Below are positions 26,501-39,424 of a DNA stretch of 64,000 nt, piece by piece. The position numbers and the translations under genes were made by a program. The stretch spans positions 12,958,001-13,022,000 of the forward strand of contig OZ241834.1 of the NCBI GenBank assembly GCA_965202585.1, written 5' to 3'. The notes below the pieces were generated by a model. The model worked only from the letters and a program-made list of their open reading frames with translations, was not told the origin of the DNA and made no database searches. The DNA is from Thalia democratica (taxonomy: Eukaryota). Within the stretch, counting starts at the first letter, position 1; each line of letters begins with the position of its first letter.

Positions 26501-29500
26501 TTTCGGATTTTTTGTTGGACTGGGTGTTTATAAAGCCTTTTGATTAGTCCGAGCAATTGTGCAGGTTTGCTAAAAAACCTGGAATCCTGGAGTTTGACAA
26601 TTTATGCTAAAAAACATGGAATTTGAGAAATTTTTATAAAACTTGGAATTTTAAACAACTTTTAAATGTTTAGTAGTATAATTTCGATTTGACGCAAAAA
26701 ATCTATCGTATAGATAACATTTTTGTCATTATCAAAAAAAATTTTTTATTAAAAAACACATTTAAAATAGCTTTACAGTACCTTTAAATGTTGTTATACT
26801 ACTTAACTTTTTTTCCTTAAACTTAATTTTAAACGAAAAATAGACCCTACCAACGTGTAATTTAAAAAAACCTTGAATAAATTTTAAAAACTTGGAGAAT
26901 TAAAAAAAAAAAAATTGGCAGCCCTGAATTGTGAGAAAAGCCACACAATTTTAATTTCCAATGGAATATTATTTGCTAAAATAAAGCCAAGATTAAAATC
27001 ATTACTAATTAACCATTTTATTTAAAAAAATATCCTGATATAAAGAATAGTTTTTACGGATAGCAACTATTTTGGATAGTTTCTAAAATAACAAACCTGT
27101 TTTCCAGTACTTTACCGAACTCATTAAATAAATCGCCTTCCCTTTTAAATACTTCTTAAACTAAAAAAGGAAACATTTAATATTTTAAGGCGTGGACAGT
27201 GCTGATGTTATCACAGATTTAATGAACTTGGCTCTTTATTGTTTTGCATCACAGAAAATTTCAACCTCACTAAAGCTGTTGTACCGGGCCAGATATCTGC
27301 TGCTTTTGCTTCACGGGTGTGACCATCCTGAAATCGCCCTTGTTGATGTTAGTAGTTGTTTTTACTTTGGTTTTAACACATGCTTTCTCTTTAAATTGGA
27401 GAATAAAACTGAGTTTTCTACATTGTAGTTAACTTTATTGGTCTAAGCTTTGTTGAATGTAGTTTTCTAAATTTAAGTGATATATTTTTTAAGTTTCAAT
27501 AAAAGCTAATTTTTAAACATTTATTGTCTTTAATAAAGGGTGAGAAAAAAAGTGAGCAGAACTAAAAAAATTAATTTACGGTTTTTATTATTTTCGATAT
27601 ATGTCTGGTGGCTCTAAAATTTTAGTTTTGTATTTTAATCTTAACTTAAACTTCTTAATTGAATAGTATTCTTGTTTTAGAAACCACTTAGCTAGTATTT
27701 GCTACAATATTTCATACTTTATTTAATGCAAGTTGCTTATATTTAATTTATTAGAAATAACTAGACTCGGTTGAAGAAATGTAAACTGATTTAAATGAAA
27801 ATAGTTTGTAGAACGTGTGTAAATTTTATTTAGAGCAACATAGGACTTGTTTTGCACGGAGTTCAAGAATACGAGCTTTCACTGAAATTTTTAGATGAAG
27901 CTCTGAAACTAAATGAAAAGTATCATGGCGTTGAGAGTCAAAGAGTTGCATTAAGGTTAGTTATTAAAAAAATCAATAATTAATATTAATTTTGATGTCT
28001 TTAATTTAAATCTAAAGACAAATTAGGGTTATTAGTTTTATTATATCCTGATTTGTTTTTGTTCGAATATAAATTAAGTAAGCTTGACAGAATTTTGTTT
28101 ACCTAGAATTAAATTTAAGTACCAAGTTTTAAGTTATACAATATTTAGTTTTTGTGTTTTGTTTGAATCATTAAATAGCTGTAATTTAAGATTTATACTT
28201 TATGTATATTTCTTTCACAAGGCATTATTTTGAAAATGAAGTATTAAAAAGATTAAAATATTTGTTGTTTGATTTCTTACTAACTTTTATGGACTAGTAC
28301 AAGCATTTATATAATGAGTTTTTTATCTATAAGCTTTTGTTTTTCAGACAAAATTTCATTAAATTTTAATAAAACTTATACTTTTTTAAAGATTAACTTT
28401 AATTTCCAAATGCTCTCAAGCTAACTAACTTGTTTTTGTTTCTTTCCCAACAGCCACCACTTGCTAGCGAGAGCTCACTCTTGCAAAGGAGCGTTCAGGT
28501 CGGCTCTCATGCACGAGAAGGAAACTTTCAAGCTGTACAAGAACTTGTACGGTGACAAACACGACAAGACCATTGAAAGCGCCGAGTGTTTGCGACATCT
28601 CACCGAGCAAGCCGTCACCTTGCAGAGAACAGTTCGTTTCTTAATAAATAAGCTCAACATTAAATAAAAAAATTAAATGTTTTATCAACGTATTTTGAAA
28701 AATATATCCATAGAGATTGTTTTTACAAAAGGAAAGGGGTGGACTTGAACATTGACGTAGCGATAAATTTAGACTTTATATTAATAATTATTATTTTTAG
28801 CCTCTGCCTTTTCAATTTCAAGTTTGGGAGTTTTTTTATCACCGTAAACTTTTCAATAGGTTATACATTAGCTTCATTATTCTTTTTTATTAAAGTATTT
28901 TTATCTGTCTGAGAATTAGTTCTTGTATTATCATAGCATATTTTAATTAACAGATGAACGAAATCTACAAGAATGGTTCTTCAAGTTCTTTTCCTCCATT
29001 ACAGGTTTGTAAATTTGAGCATACATTACAAAGAAGCTGTAAATAATTTATAAGTTGCTTTCATTACTTTTGTTTTTTAGATAACTGCTCCATCAATGCA
29101 ATCAGTTCTTGATTTGATGAACATAATAAATGGAATTATATTTATTCCACTTAGGTCAGTTTGAATGTATTTGGATGTTTTTTGATTGATTGTTGAGTTT
29201 GAGTCACATGTTTTCATGTCAACTTTCTAATTCATAGTTTCGCTTTTCTGAAAATATGCATAAAAAAAATTATTTAATTATAATGCAATTATTCTTATTA
29301 AATATACTTTTATTTAAAACTTTCTAGTTTAACTGTGAAATATTGTAGCATAATTTAATTGTTTGCAGTTTTTATATATGTTTTCTAATAATAAAAAAAG
29401 TGAGTTTTATTGCTGCTTTTAAACTTGTATATATTTTGGCTTTTTACATACTTATGTGATTGTTTTTTTATGCTTACATATTGAGGTGCTTATTGAAAAA

Positions 29501-30136
29501 ATATTTGTATTAAAGGTGCTTATTTGTATCATACGAAGTTTTTTATAACTACTTTTTTAAAGCCAGTGATCGTAGTTTTGATTGCAATTGAACAAACAAA
29601 CAGGTATTATCGAAGAGATTCTCAGGGAAAATTAAAAGCTGTTTTCTCGTAAGTGTTAAATTTTTAAAAGTTATAATTCTTAAGTTCTTATCCACATTAA
29701 ACAATTTTTTTATTTTACTATTTTTTGCATGTTTACAACACGCTTCATTTTATTTGTTTTTGCTTGTAAAGTTTTTATTATATGTTAATACATTAAACTT
29801 GAACTCTTCATAAATCCAACCAAAATAAAAACATAAGTCATATAATCATAGCATAGTAAGTATAGTATTAAAGTAAATGCAGCTTCAATTAATTACTAAA
29901 AAATAAAAAAAAATTCCAGCTCCAAAGACCTTGATCTGATCCGCAAAGAAGTTTTGAAGCAGCAGCAGCTGAAGCAGATGATGGCTGCCGGTCAGACGGC
30001 GGAAAAATTGCTTGCCACCGGCGACACCAACAGCGGGGAGTTGCAGAAGGGTGCTGCTGAGCCGGTAGCGCCGCCTAGCGGAAACGAAGTTTCATCGGCA
30101 GCAGGTAACGAGGAAGTGGTCGCGGCTTTGGATTGA
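11534..30136 (+). CDS. CLUH: Clustered mitochondria protein homolog (Clu domain + C-terminal TPRs), ~1453 aa, complete
   Basis: Exons: 11534-11582, 11980-12077, 13356-13529, 13881-14052, 14748-14894, 15022-15311, 15845-15999, 16381-16549, 17536-17640, 19589-19684, 20002-20129, 20578-20765, 20938-21269, 21411-21589, 22226-22350, 22949-23151, 23304-23447, 23908-24080, 24431-24713, 25103-25265, 25798-25986, 27190-27347, 27834-27955, 28454-28631, 28954-29004, 29081-29154, 29920-30136 (4362 nt, phases consistent). Recognised motifs: [84 protein letters not shown]. The first two exons and the 21269/21411 junction are the least certain. Confidence 0.96.
11690..11931. mobile_element. Truncated CAGGGTTGCC-family MITE in CLUH intron 1
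   Basis: Right TIR TTTTGGCAACCCTG at 11918-11931, preceded by family-typical internal sequence; left TIR not found; start approximate. Confidence 0.6.
12369..13116. mobile_element. Tc1/mariner (pogo/Tigger-like) MITE, 748 bp, CLUH intron 2
   Basis: TIR CAGTGCTTATTCACTTATCCGGA at both ends, TA flanks, repeated TCCGGATAA subterminal motif. Confidence 0.87.
16718..17115. mobile_element. hAT-like MITE (CAGGGTTGCC/AAACCTGGA), 398 bp, CLUH intron 8
   Basis: Intact TIRs; 6-bp TSD TATATA; similar along its length to copies at 3771 and 5441. Confidence 0.9.
26562..26926. mobile_element. Older copy of the CAGGGTTGCC/AAACCTGGA MITE, CLUH intron 21
   Basis: Degenerate TIRs CAGGTTTGC...TGGCAGCCCTG; 7-bp TSD AATTGTG. 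Confidence 0.8.
29604..29648 (+). CDS. CLUH: Candidate 45-nt frame-preserving extra exon of CLUH ([16 protein letters not shown])
   Basis: AACAAACAAACAG acceptor, perfect GTAAGT donor, phase 2 to phase 2 matching both neighbours, no stop codon. Confidence 0.5.
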
Positions 30137-31414
30137 GAAGTTTTTTTCACACACAGAGTTTAGGCCTTTTGTCTTTTGGAAACGTGCTGGAAAGAATTTT
30201 TTTCAAAATATTTGCGCGTTGTGATTGGACTATTTAACTTAATGTTTCTAGAGGTTTTACATACATTAGCATCTTTATTAATTTAGTAAATTTTATTTAT
30301 TGTTTGGTACTTGAATATTTTGTTTTAGACATTGATCGTTGATCTCGGATATTTGTTAGTTTTTTTAAATTATGAATAATATATTACTAAATAAGTTATA
30401 AAAACATACATTGATTGTAATTTATTTAATATATATATAAATTAAGCTATTACAAATAGTCTTTTCGAAAATTTAGAGACTCTTAGTTAAGTATATACAA
30501 ATTTTAGCTGAAATTTTAGAATATTTTTTAATAAAAACTGCAATTAGTAAAAGAAAAGTAAGTAATTTTGAGTATTTATCAAGTTCTTTTTTGTTTAAAT
30601 CATTTAATAAACTATGTTAGTGGCTTGAAATATGTACTTGAAGAATAACTTTATGAAAATGCATTCTTAAATATCATTATTTCTAAATAATTACTTATTA
30701 AATATAGTTTATTAATTAATATCATCCACATATTTAAAATATATTTCTTAAAACATAACCGATTTTTAAAGATACTTTTTAGAAAAGCATAGGTTGCAAG
30801 ACAAGATCCCTTTGCGAGTTTACAAAACATAAATTCTTACTCCTTTTGAAATAAAATATATCAGTAAAGCATTTTTTGCTGGTAGTTATTCTATAGTTTA
30901 AAAATCAAACTAGTTCAATTAGTAGAAAGAAACAACTATGAAATCTAGGCTGTCGCTTTTTTTTTTGAAAAATACTATTGTTTAATTTTTCAAGTATAAC
31001 TACGAAAAAGTAATTTGATTATTTTATAAAAGATGAATACTTTTCACACTATAAATATATCATAACCTTCAATATATTTAAAAACACTATTTTTATATTC
31101 TTAAAAATATCCTCATTTCACAAACACATCTAAAGTGCATAGCTCATTTTTTTTAAGATAGTTCAAGTTAGGTCAAGATATTAAGCATTGTATGAGGTAA
31201 ATACTTAAAGTAGTTTGCATAACACACAGAAAAAGCTTGAAAGTTCGAAGTTTATTTTATGCAATTTAATCTTTAAGAATGAAAAATAAGTTAAACTTTT
31301 AAAAGTATTACAAAGCATTGAAACTAAGTTATATTAAACAATTTGGAAAAGTCTGTTTTAGAAAATCGAAAGTTATCAGCTATGCACATTGTAAGCATTA
31401 AGTTATTGTGAAGA

Positions 31415-33238
31415 ATTAACAATAACACAGTAGTTCTAAAGATACATTAAAATTTCAACATAACAAAGGTTAAAATAGCTTTCACAAAAAACCTTGGTAT
31501 GTACTACAAAGTATACTATTACTATAAGTTTGAAAAATATATAAATGATCCGTGATATTCTAATCCGTTTAATTGTCAGTATTTAGTTATAATATTAATT
31601 CATACTTTGTTATAATGCACTTCGATGTAACGTTTTTTAAACTTGTTTTTAAAAAATTTACATAAAAGTACAAATATTCAAAATAATACGATTTAATATA
31701 TGTCAATTAAACAGAAACTTAAATTTTAATTCGCTAAGATGAGACCTTATGGTATAAAAGTAAAATCAATTGGAGCATAATAAAATTTAAATCTAAATTT
31801 TTGTTAAAATCTAGTTTAAATATACACACTTAATAAATGAGTTTGAAACTCTGAAAAAAACTTAAATCACTATATTTTAAAACTCACCGACCAAAATGTA
31901 TACTGATGTATATAATCATTAAAATATTTTTTTATAGATTTAATGTCAAAAAATTATAAAAGTGTACAATTAAAAGACATCTATAAAATTTTAACAGTCA
32001 TTATAATAATAATGGCGATTAAATTGATGTGACTTTAATTGTCGACGTTAGAATTGTTGTAGTATAAATGCTGCAATTTTAAATGTTTAGTATTACAAGA
32101 AATATAAGTACTGAGTAATTTTAAAACAAAGGGTTAACTTAGTTCCAAAAATTGAAAAAAAACTAGAATTTTATAAAAATAAAAGTTATCAGAAGGTAAG
32201 TAAGTTTGACCTTGAATCACTTGGTTAACTGAAGCACCTATGAAATTTTTCCCATCTGAAGCTATGTTGAAAAACTGATACTGTTTAAAGATTTTTTTTA
32301 ATTTCACGTTTGAACCAGAATTGATACGGATGGGAAATATAAAAGATTTAATTATATCTTGATAAGAATAAATAAAACATAATTCTAAATGACCTGATGA
32401 CCAAGAAGTCTTTTTGTACACCAGATCCTTAGATCAAACTTTTTTTCAGCATTTTTTTTTTTTTTTTGTTTAAAATACAATTGTGAAACACCTAATTGGC
32501 ATATTCGAAAAGTTAAAAATGATCTCTGATACCAGCTTAAAGTTTCCTAAACAATGAAAATAAAAAGAGTGACTACTACAATCATCATTTTTAAAAATGT
32601 TTAAACTTACACCAAATATTCTGAAAAGGTGAAGTTTGCAGATATTAAAAATCATATACATACTTGCGTATTATAAAAACTTATTCGCACTAAAAAAATT
32701 TAATGAAAAAAATAAAGAGCTTACTATTACATTTACACAAAAAACATATTAAGACAATTCTTATGATCTGTAGTATTCTAAATACATAATATTTTTTATT
32801 ATAAAAACATTACTTTTTTTTTACAATTTAAAAGTTAACTAAATTTTACTTTTTTGTTCTCAGTAAAAGTACATGCTTATTTCTAATGCACATTAAACTA
32901 CTATTAATTATTACTTATTTGCTATAAAAAACATATCAGGACAATCTTTTGCTCTTTAATTTTCTAAGTACATACTTTCTTTTGTTATAATATGAGATAG
33001 TACATACTAAGTTTGAAATAAATGAAAAAAGTATTTTATTTTATGTTTAAAACAATATAACTAATAAGAATTTTTGAAGCTAATTATTTATTAGAAAAAA
33101 AACTATATAGCACTAAAAATATTAAAAGGGTTCTACATATTTATCAATTATTTATTAAAGATTTTTGTTTCGTTGTTGCAGTTTATGTTTACTTTTTTAG
33201 TTTAAATCATGAAACTTTACTCATTTGATTATAATTAA
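31415..33238. repeat. Local segmental duplication, copy 1 (~1.8 kb)
   Basis: Colinear direct repeat of 36332-38047 (e.g. TAACAAAGGTTAAAATAGCTTTCACAAAAAACCTTGGTATG and CACTTGGTTAACTGAAGCACCTATGAAATTTTTCCCATCTGAAGC identical in both); copy 1 has extra ~55-bp and ~110-bp segments. Confidence 0.92.
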
Positions 33239-35130
33239 GATGGTAAAAAAGATATTTTAATTTTTAACATTCATTGAAGTAAAGAAAAAAATTAACAAAA
33301 CTAAAGTAAATAAAATAAATAATTTTTTACTTATATTTTTAAAAATAAATTCGTCTGTTTATTTTACTTTTTAATTAGCTATAGCTGTGTCTATACAATT
33401 TCTTAATTGTATAAAAAACTTACAAAGGGTCACAACTAGACAAATACTAAACGTAATTGCTTACATTTTTCATAATCCACTACTTTAAGCTGGTATATTT
33501 AGAAAAATAAATAGTTTTTCTTCTTTATAAACCTTAAAGTTCTGTCACAAACAGATGCTACAAAACGTTTAATTTTTACACACAAAACATTGTTTATTTG
33601 ATAAAAACAAAACTTATATAGGTCAAGTAAATCTCCTGAATCGTCCTTTTAAAAACTTTTGCATAAAGTTTATACTATTTATAAATTATTAGTTGATAGA
33701 AATTTAACAATATGTTGTATTAGTCAAAACAAGCACTATATTTAACAAAACAGATTTTTATTACAATATATATTTGCAATCACAGATGAAACCAAACTTT
33801 TAATTTTGAAGAATGTTCAAATCAATACATATAGAATATAACCTCTACTTTGAATAACAAGTCTTACATAGTTATAACTGACTTAAGGTCTAAGTTATCT
33901 TTTAACTTTGGCTTTTAATATATTAGAGCTTTTAAACTTAACTTTTGAACACAAAGTTATTGAAAACAAAGATTAAAAACTGTATTGAAGGTCATATAGA
34001 CTCCGTCGGACCAAAAGAGCGATGAAATCGAATTAGGTTGTTAGCAACTAACTTTAAAAACAATTTTTGCTCCATCAGGAGAATGATTTTGTAATCAAAT
34101 GTAAAAAAAAAATTTAAACGGAAGAACTTGGCTTCGATTTTAAAAGCGATTTTAAAAGACTGATTAACAGTGACCTGTAAAAATTCAATTTTTGTTTTTT
34201 ATTTTTAATTCTGTTTTTAAAAACTATAAGTTTGCTTGAGCAAAAATGTTTTTTTATTTATTCTGAAGCAAGAAAAATTTAATGAAATTAATTCTGAAGT
34301 CAAAAGAATTACTTTGTAATTTATAAAATTATTCTTTTGGTACGAAAATTTTATACTGGAATGGGTATGTTTTTATGCACATTTTCTAATTTTATTTTTA
34401 AATAGTTATTTATCTTACTAAAAAAGATTGCTCGATTTACTGGAATGTAAACAGCTAATTTAAATAAAAATGTGCAAACTAAATATTTTATTTCATTTAA
34501 GTTTTTAAACAACATTATAGATAAGCAACATTGTTATGTGCAGTTTACTATTTTATTATACTTGAAAAGGTCGTATTTTTTTTTTGCGAGCGAAACCTGG
34601 TAGTAAATGAAATATTTAATTTGCACATTTTTATTTAAGTTTATTCTTAAAACAAGGTATCTAATCTTTGAATAGAATCTCTATTATTGTCAGGGATTCT
34701 TCTCTCTCTGACTAATCGTACTAACAAATTACAAATTACAATTTAAAAACAAATTACAATTAAAACTCAAACTTTCATGAAATAAAAAAAAGTATTTCAA
34801 TAAAAAATACCAATTTAATAAATTCATACTTCGAAATAAACTCAAGTTGTATATGCTTAAATCATCGCTAAAAGTACTAAACTTACAAATTTTAAACGTA
34901 TTGGAATAGCAACATTTTTTATTATTTTTTAAATTTATTTATATACAATAATATAAAGAAATGAAATGTTTCAACTAATTTGCAAGAATCAATCAATGCA
35001 GAACGCATTGACAGATTTTAAAGTAAAAATAATTTTTCTATACAATATTTTAAAACTCTGTGCTTTAAGTTAACTAACTCAGAAAAAAAATACAGCAACT
35101 AGTTGTTGGTTTCCTTTTACAGCAGTAATT

Positions 35131-35270
35131 TAACGTCTTGTCCTGGACAAGAAATTAAACTGTATCCAACAGGGTGTGCGACTCGATAACCGAAAGGTTT
35201 TTTCGTGCACTAGGTCCTAGGACGAAATATTTTGTACACATTTTTTGTCGTTCAACAAACAATAAGATAT
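35131..35270 (+). repeat. Unclassified short interspersed repeat, copy A (orientation arbitrary)
   Basis: GGTGTGCGACTCGATAACCGAAAGGTT...GGTCCTAGGAC...TTTTGTCGTTCAA shared with 43016, 49298 and 50058. Confidence 0.75.
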
Positions 35271-36331
35271 ATTTAGATTACTTGAGTGCCTTATTGTTCT
35301 AGCAACGGTAAGTACTTGCTAACGGATTTGCTTTATAACTTTCTTACACTATGTGGTTTTTATTGTTTATAAACTGACATTTAGAATAATTTCCTCATGA
35401 CGTCTCTAATGAGAGTTTTTAATATATAAATACATGTTAAACTATTTTTTGATGTTCAGGTATTTAAAATATAATTATTAAAGGTGCAGGTAAAGTTACA
35501 CAGTATGTAGCTTGCTTGCTTGACCTTTGTTTAACGTTTATCATTGTAGGGGTGGAGAAAGTACTACTCCATTTTTACATAAATAAGTATCACCTAATAT
35601 TTTACCTGACTTTGTTGAAATATAACAGTTGTTTTGATTTTCCAATAAGCTCTGTTTGTTTAAACCTTTAGGATTTTATGCGTTTTACGCTATATGTCAT
35701 AAATAATTATGCGATCATTTGTATATTATAAATATGAATAGCAGTCCCTTTAACATACGTACCGATAAAATGTAAGAAAGTAGAAAAAAAAATTTGCCAT
35801 AAAACTTTTTTTTTCAATGTAGGTCTACGTTACCACAAACCACATTACCAATAATGAATGATTTTTCTATTTACGATTAAAAGCTTGTGATAAAAAATAT
35901 GTATGGTCAATCATAGGCTACTTATTTAAAGCAAACTTTACTGGACGTGGCATTTATTTAAACTTTATCAAAAAAAAAGTAGAACTGCCTCGAACGGTGT
36001 TAAGTTTACGATAGTTAAGGATCATGGACTGATTGCTTATTTAATAAATTAAGTCCAGGAATGTTAGCAAAGTATTGTGTGTTACACCAGAAGCTGTGCG
36101 TTGCTATAAACTGGTATTTTCATTCACACTCTTAATACATCTTAAACGTAAAGCCATTAAAAAAGTTGTTATGTATGGTTTACTAGTACTATTTTCTGTG
36201 TTGTACTATTTTTCAAGTCTGGTACAGTAAGCTTGATAAAATTTTAGATGAAAAAACAGAAAATCTCATAAAGAAAAGATTTATTTATTTAGATAAAAAT
36301 AAACTGTACAAAATATAATAAATATATATTT

Positions 36332-38047
36332 GTTATGAAGAATTAGCAATAACACAGTAGTACTAAAGATACATTAAAATTTCAACATAACAAAGGTTAA
36401 AATAGCTTTCACAAAAAACCTTGGTATGCTCGACAAAGTATACTATTACTAAGAGTTTGACAAAATGAAAGACATAAAAATGATTTGCAAATGATATTTA
36501 AAATTATAATTTAGTTTAGAATTGCTCATTTCTAATCCGTTTAATTGTTAGTACTTAGTCAAATTAATTCATACTTTGTTATAATACACTTCGATGTAGC
36601 GTTTTTTAATATATGTCAATTAAACAGAAACTTAAATTCGCTTAGATAAGCCCTTATGGTATAAAAGTAAATTCAATTGGAGTATAATAAAATTTAAATG
36701 TAAATTTTTGTTTAAAAATCTAGTTTAAACTTACACACTTAATAAATGTGTTTGAAACTCTAAAAAATAAACTTAAATCACCATATTTTAAAACTCACCT
36801 ACCAAAATTTATAATGATGTATATAATCATTAATTTTTTTTAATAAATTTAATGTCACAAAATTATAAAAGTTAAGAATTAAAAGACATCTATAAAATTT
36901 TAACTGTCATTATGATAGTAATATTAGTGATTAATTTGTTGTGACTTTAATTGTCGACGTTAGAATTGTTGTAGTATAAATAGTTCAATTTTAAATGTTT
37001 AGTACTACAAGAAATATAAGTACTAAATAATTTTTGAAACATAGGGTTTACTTAGTTCCGAAAAAGTTTAAAATAAAATAGAAATTTATAAACATGTAAG
37101 TTATCAGAAGGTAAGTAAGTTTGATCTTGTATCACTTGGTTAACTGAAGCACCTATGAAATTTTTCCCATCTGAAGCTATGTTGAAAAACTGATACTGTT
37201 TAAAGATTTTTTTTAATTTCACGTTTGAACCAGAACTGATACGGATCGGAAATATAAAATTTTTGGTTTAATCTTGATAAGAATAAAAAAAAATTATTTC
37301 AAATGACTTGATGACTAAGGGGTCTTTTTGTACACCAGATCCTTAGTCATATTTTTGTACACCAAACTTTTTCGTTCTTTTTTTGTTTGTGTTTGAAAAC
37401 TACTGTGAAACACCTAATTGACATATTTGGAAAAGTTAAAAATGTTCTTTGATACCAGCTTAAAGTTTCCTAAACAATGAAAACAAAAAGAGTGATTACT
37501 ACATTTGTAAAAATGTTTAAACTTACACCAAATATTCTGGGAAGGTGAAGTTTGCAGATATTAAAAATCATATACATACTTGCGTATTATAAAAACTTAT
37601 TCGCACCAAAAAAAATTTATAAAAAAAATAAAGAGCTTACTATTACTATTCCATTTACACAAAAAACATATTAAGACAATCCTCATGATCTGTAGTATTC
37701 TAAATACATAATATTCTTTATTATAAAAACATTACTTTTTTTTACAATTTAAAGGTTAACTAAACTTTACTTTTTTGTTCTCAGTAAAAGTACATGCTTG
37801 TTTCTAATGCACATTAAACTACTATTAATTATTACTTATTTGCTGTAAAAAACATATCAGGACAATCTTTTGCTCTTTAATTTTCTAAGTACATACTTCC
37901 TTTTATTATAATATGAAATAGTACATACTAAGTTTTAAATGAATGAAAAAAATTTTTATTTAATGTTTGAAAAAATATAACTAATAAGAATTTTTGAAGC
38001 TAACTATTTATTAGAAAAGAAACTTTACTCTTTTGATTATAATTAAA
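36332..38047. repeat. Local segmental duplication, copy 2 (~1.7 kb)
   Basis: Colinear with 31415-33238, offset about 4.9 kb. Confidence 0.92.
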
Positions 38048-39424
38048 GTTAGCAATTATCATAATGATTGTGTAATTTTATAACCGATAATATCTTTCAA
38101 AATAGCTAAGATGAAACAACAGAACTTTTTTTATGCTCTGTATGCCTATTTAATAATTTTTTCTAGTAAACTTTTTTAAATAATCAAAAACAACATTTTT
38201 GCTGCATAAATAAATATACATATGTACTACGATAAAGGGTCTTTATGTAAAACCATTATTTGCATTGGTCTGTATATAATTCAAGTATCTAGTGAATAGC
38301 TGTCTAAAAATAACATAATAATAATTGCTTGATTGAGATAATAAGAACTATTATAGTATACTTAATCTAATTTATAATTAAGATACTGCATCAAAATAGT
38401 TGTAATATATATTTAATTTTAAAGTAAAAATTCATAACAACGACATATAAGTTATACCTTCTTTATTTAGTAATAACATAATTTTACAATTACTAAGTTC
38501 TAACAAATTAGCAAAAGCTTCAAAAAATTTAAACAGGGTAAGCACATAGATAATTAAGAAAATAAAAAAAACAATAATTAGTTTTTAACATATAAAAAAA
38601 AGTTATATAATTTTCAATGTGATTAAATTTATATTAAAACTGTTTAACAGAGATATCAACAGTCCTAACTTTCAGTACAAAATAAGTAAATAAATTTCAA
38701 TAAACGCATACAGAAATATCAAAAAAACTTTTTTGGTAAGCTTCACTAAAAATGACGAAGTAAACGATTAATCACCAAAAGTGAAAAAACTAATTGTTTT
38801 CTAAAAAATAAAACTTATTTATTACAGTTAAATGAAAACAACCTATGATTGTGTTTTAATAATTAGAAAACAGATGTTTTCAAATTTTATTCAAATATTT
38901 TAATTGTGGTAACTGAATTTAATAAGACTTCGATAAGTTTATATGAAAGGTCAATGTTTTAAATATTTGAAATAAAAATAAAGAAACAAACGTTGTATTT
39001 AATATATTTTTATAAAATATAAATGATATAAGGCACATGTATTTATTCAACTGTAAATTGATCATCAAAAACAGTGTAGAATAAAAAAAAAACTAACGGT
39101 GAAAATCTTTCTAAAATTTAACGCTTTTCGAAAAAAAATCGGCAGCTTTTTTATTTCTGGTAAGAAACTAAACAAAAAAACACTGTGCAGTGTGGATTTT
39201 TATAAACTTAGAGACTTATATTTGTAATGAACATTAACAAAACAAAAAAATGGCATCAAAGTAAAAATAAAAAACATTATTATTAAGTTCACGCATATTT
39301 CTGTATTTAAAAATACAACTTGAACTACTTCGCAAGATAATCATATTAACATATAATGTATTTTTTATTACAAAACATAAAAAATGTGTGTATATATGGA
39401 CTTTTTGTTTTATATGTTTGCACT

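Noticed and set aside
15102-28660. Minus-strand ORFs 15102-15446, 15746-16093, 22933-23232 and 28475-28660
   Set aside because: They are antisense shadows of CLUH exons, with no independent similarity.
31415-38047. Duplicated block as a snoRNA host gene
   Set aside because: No C box/D box pair with terminal stem conserved in both copies on the spliced strand; the one TGATGA on minus is missing from copy 2.
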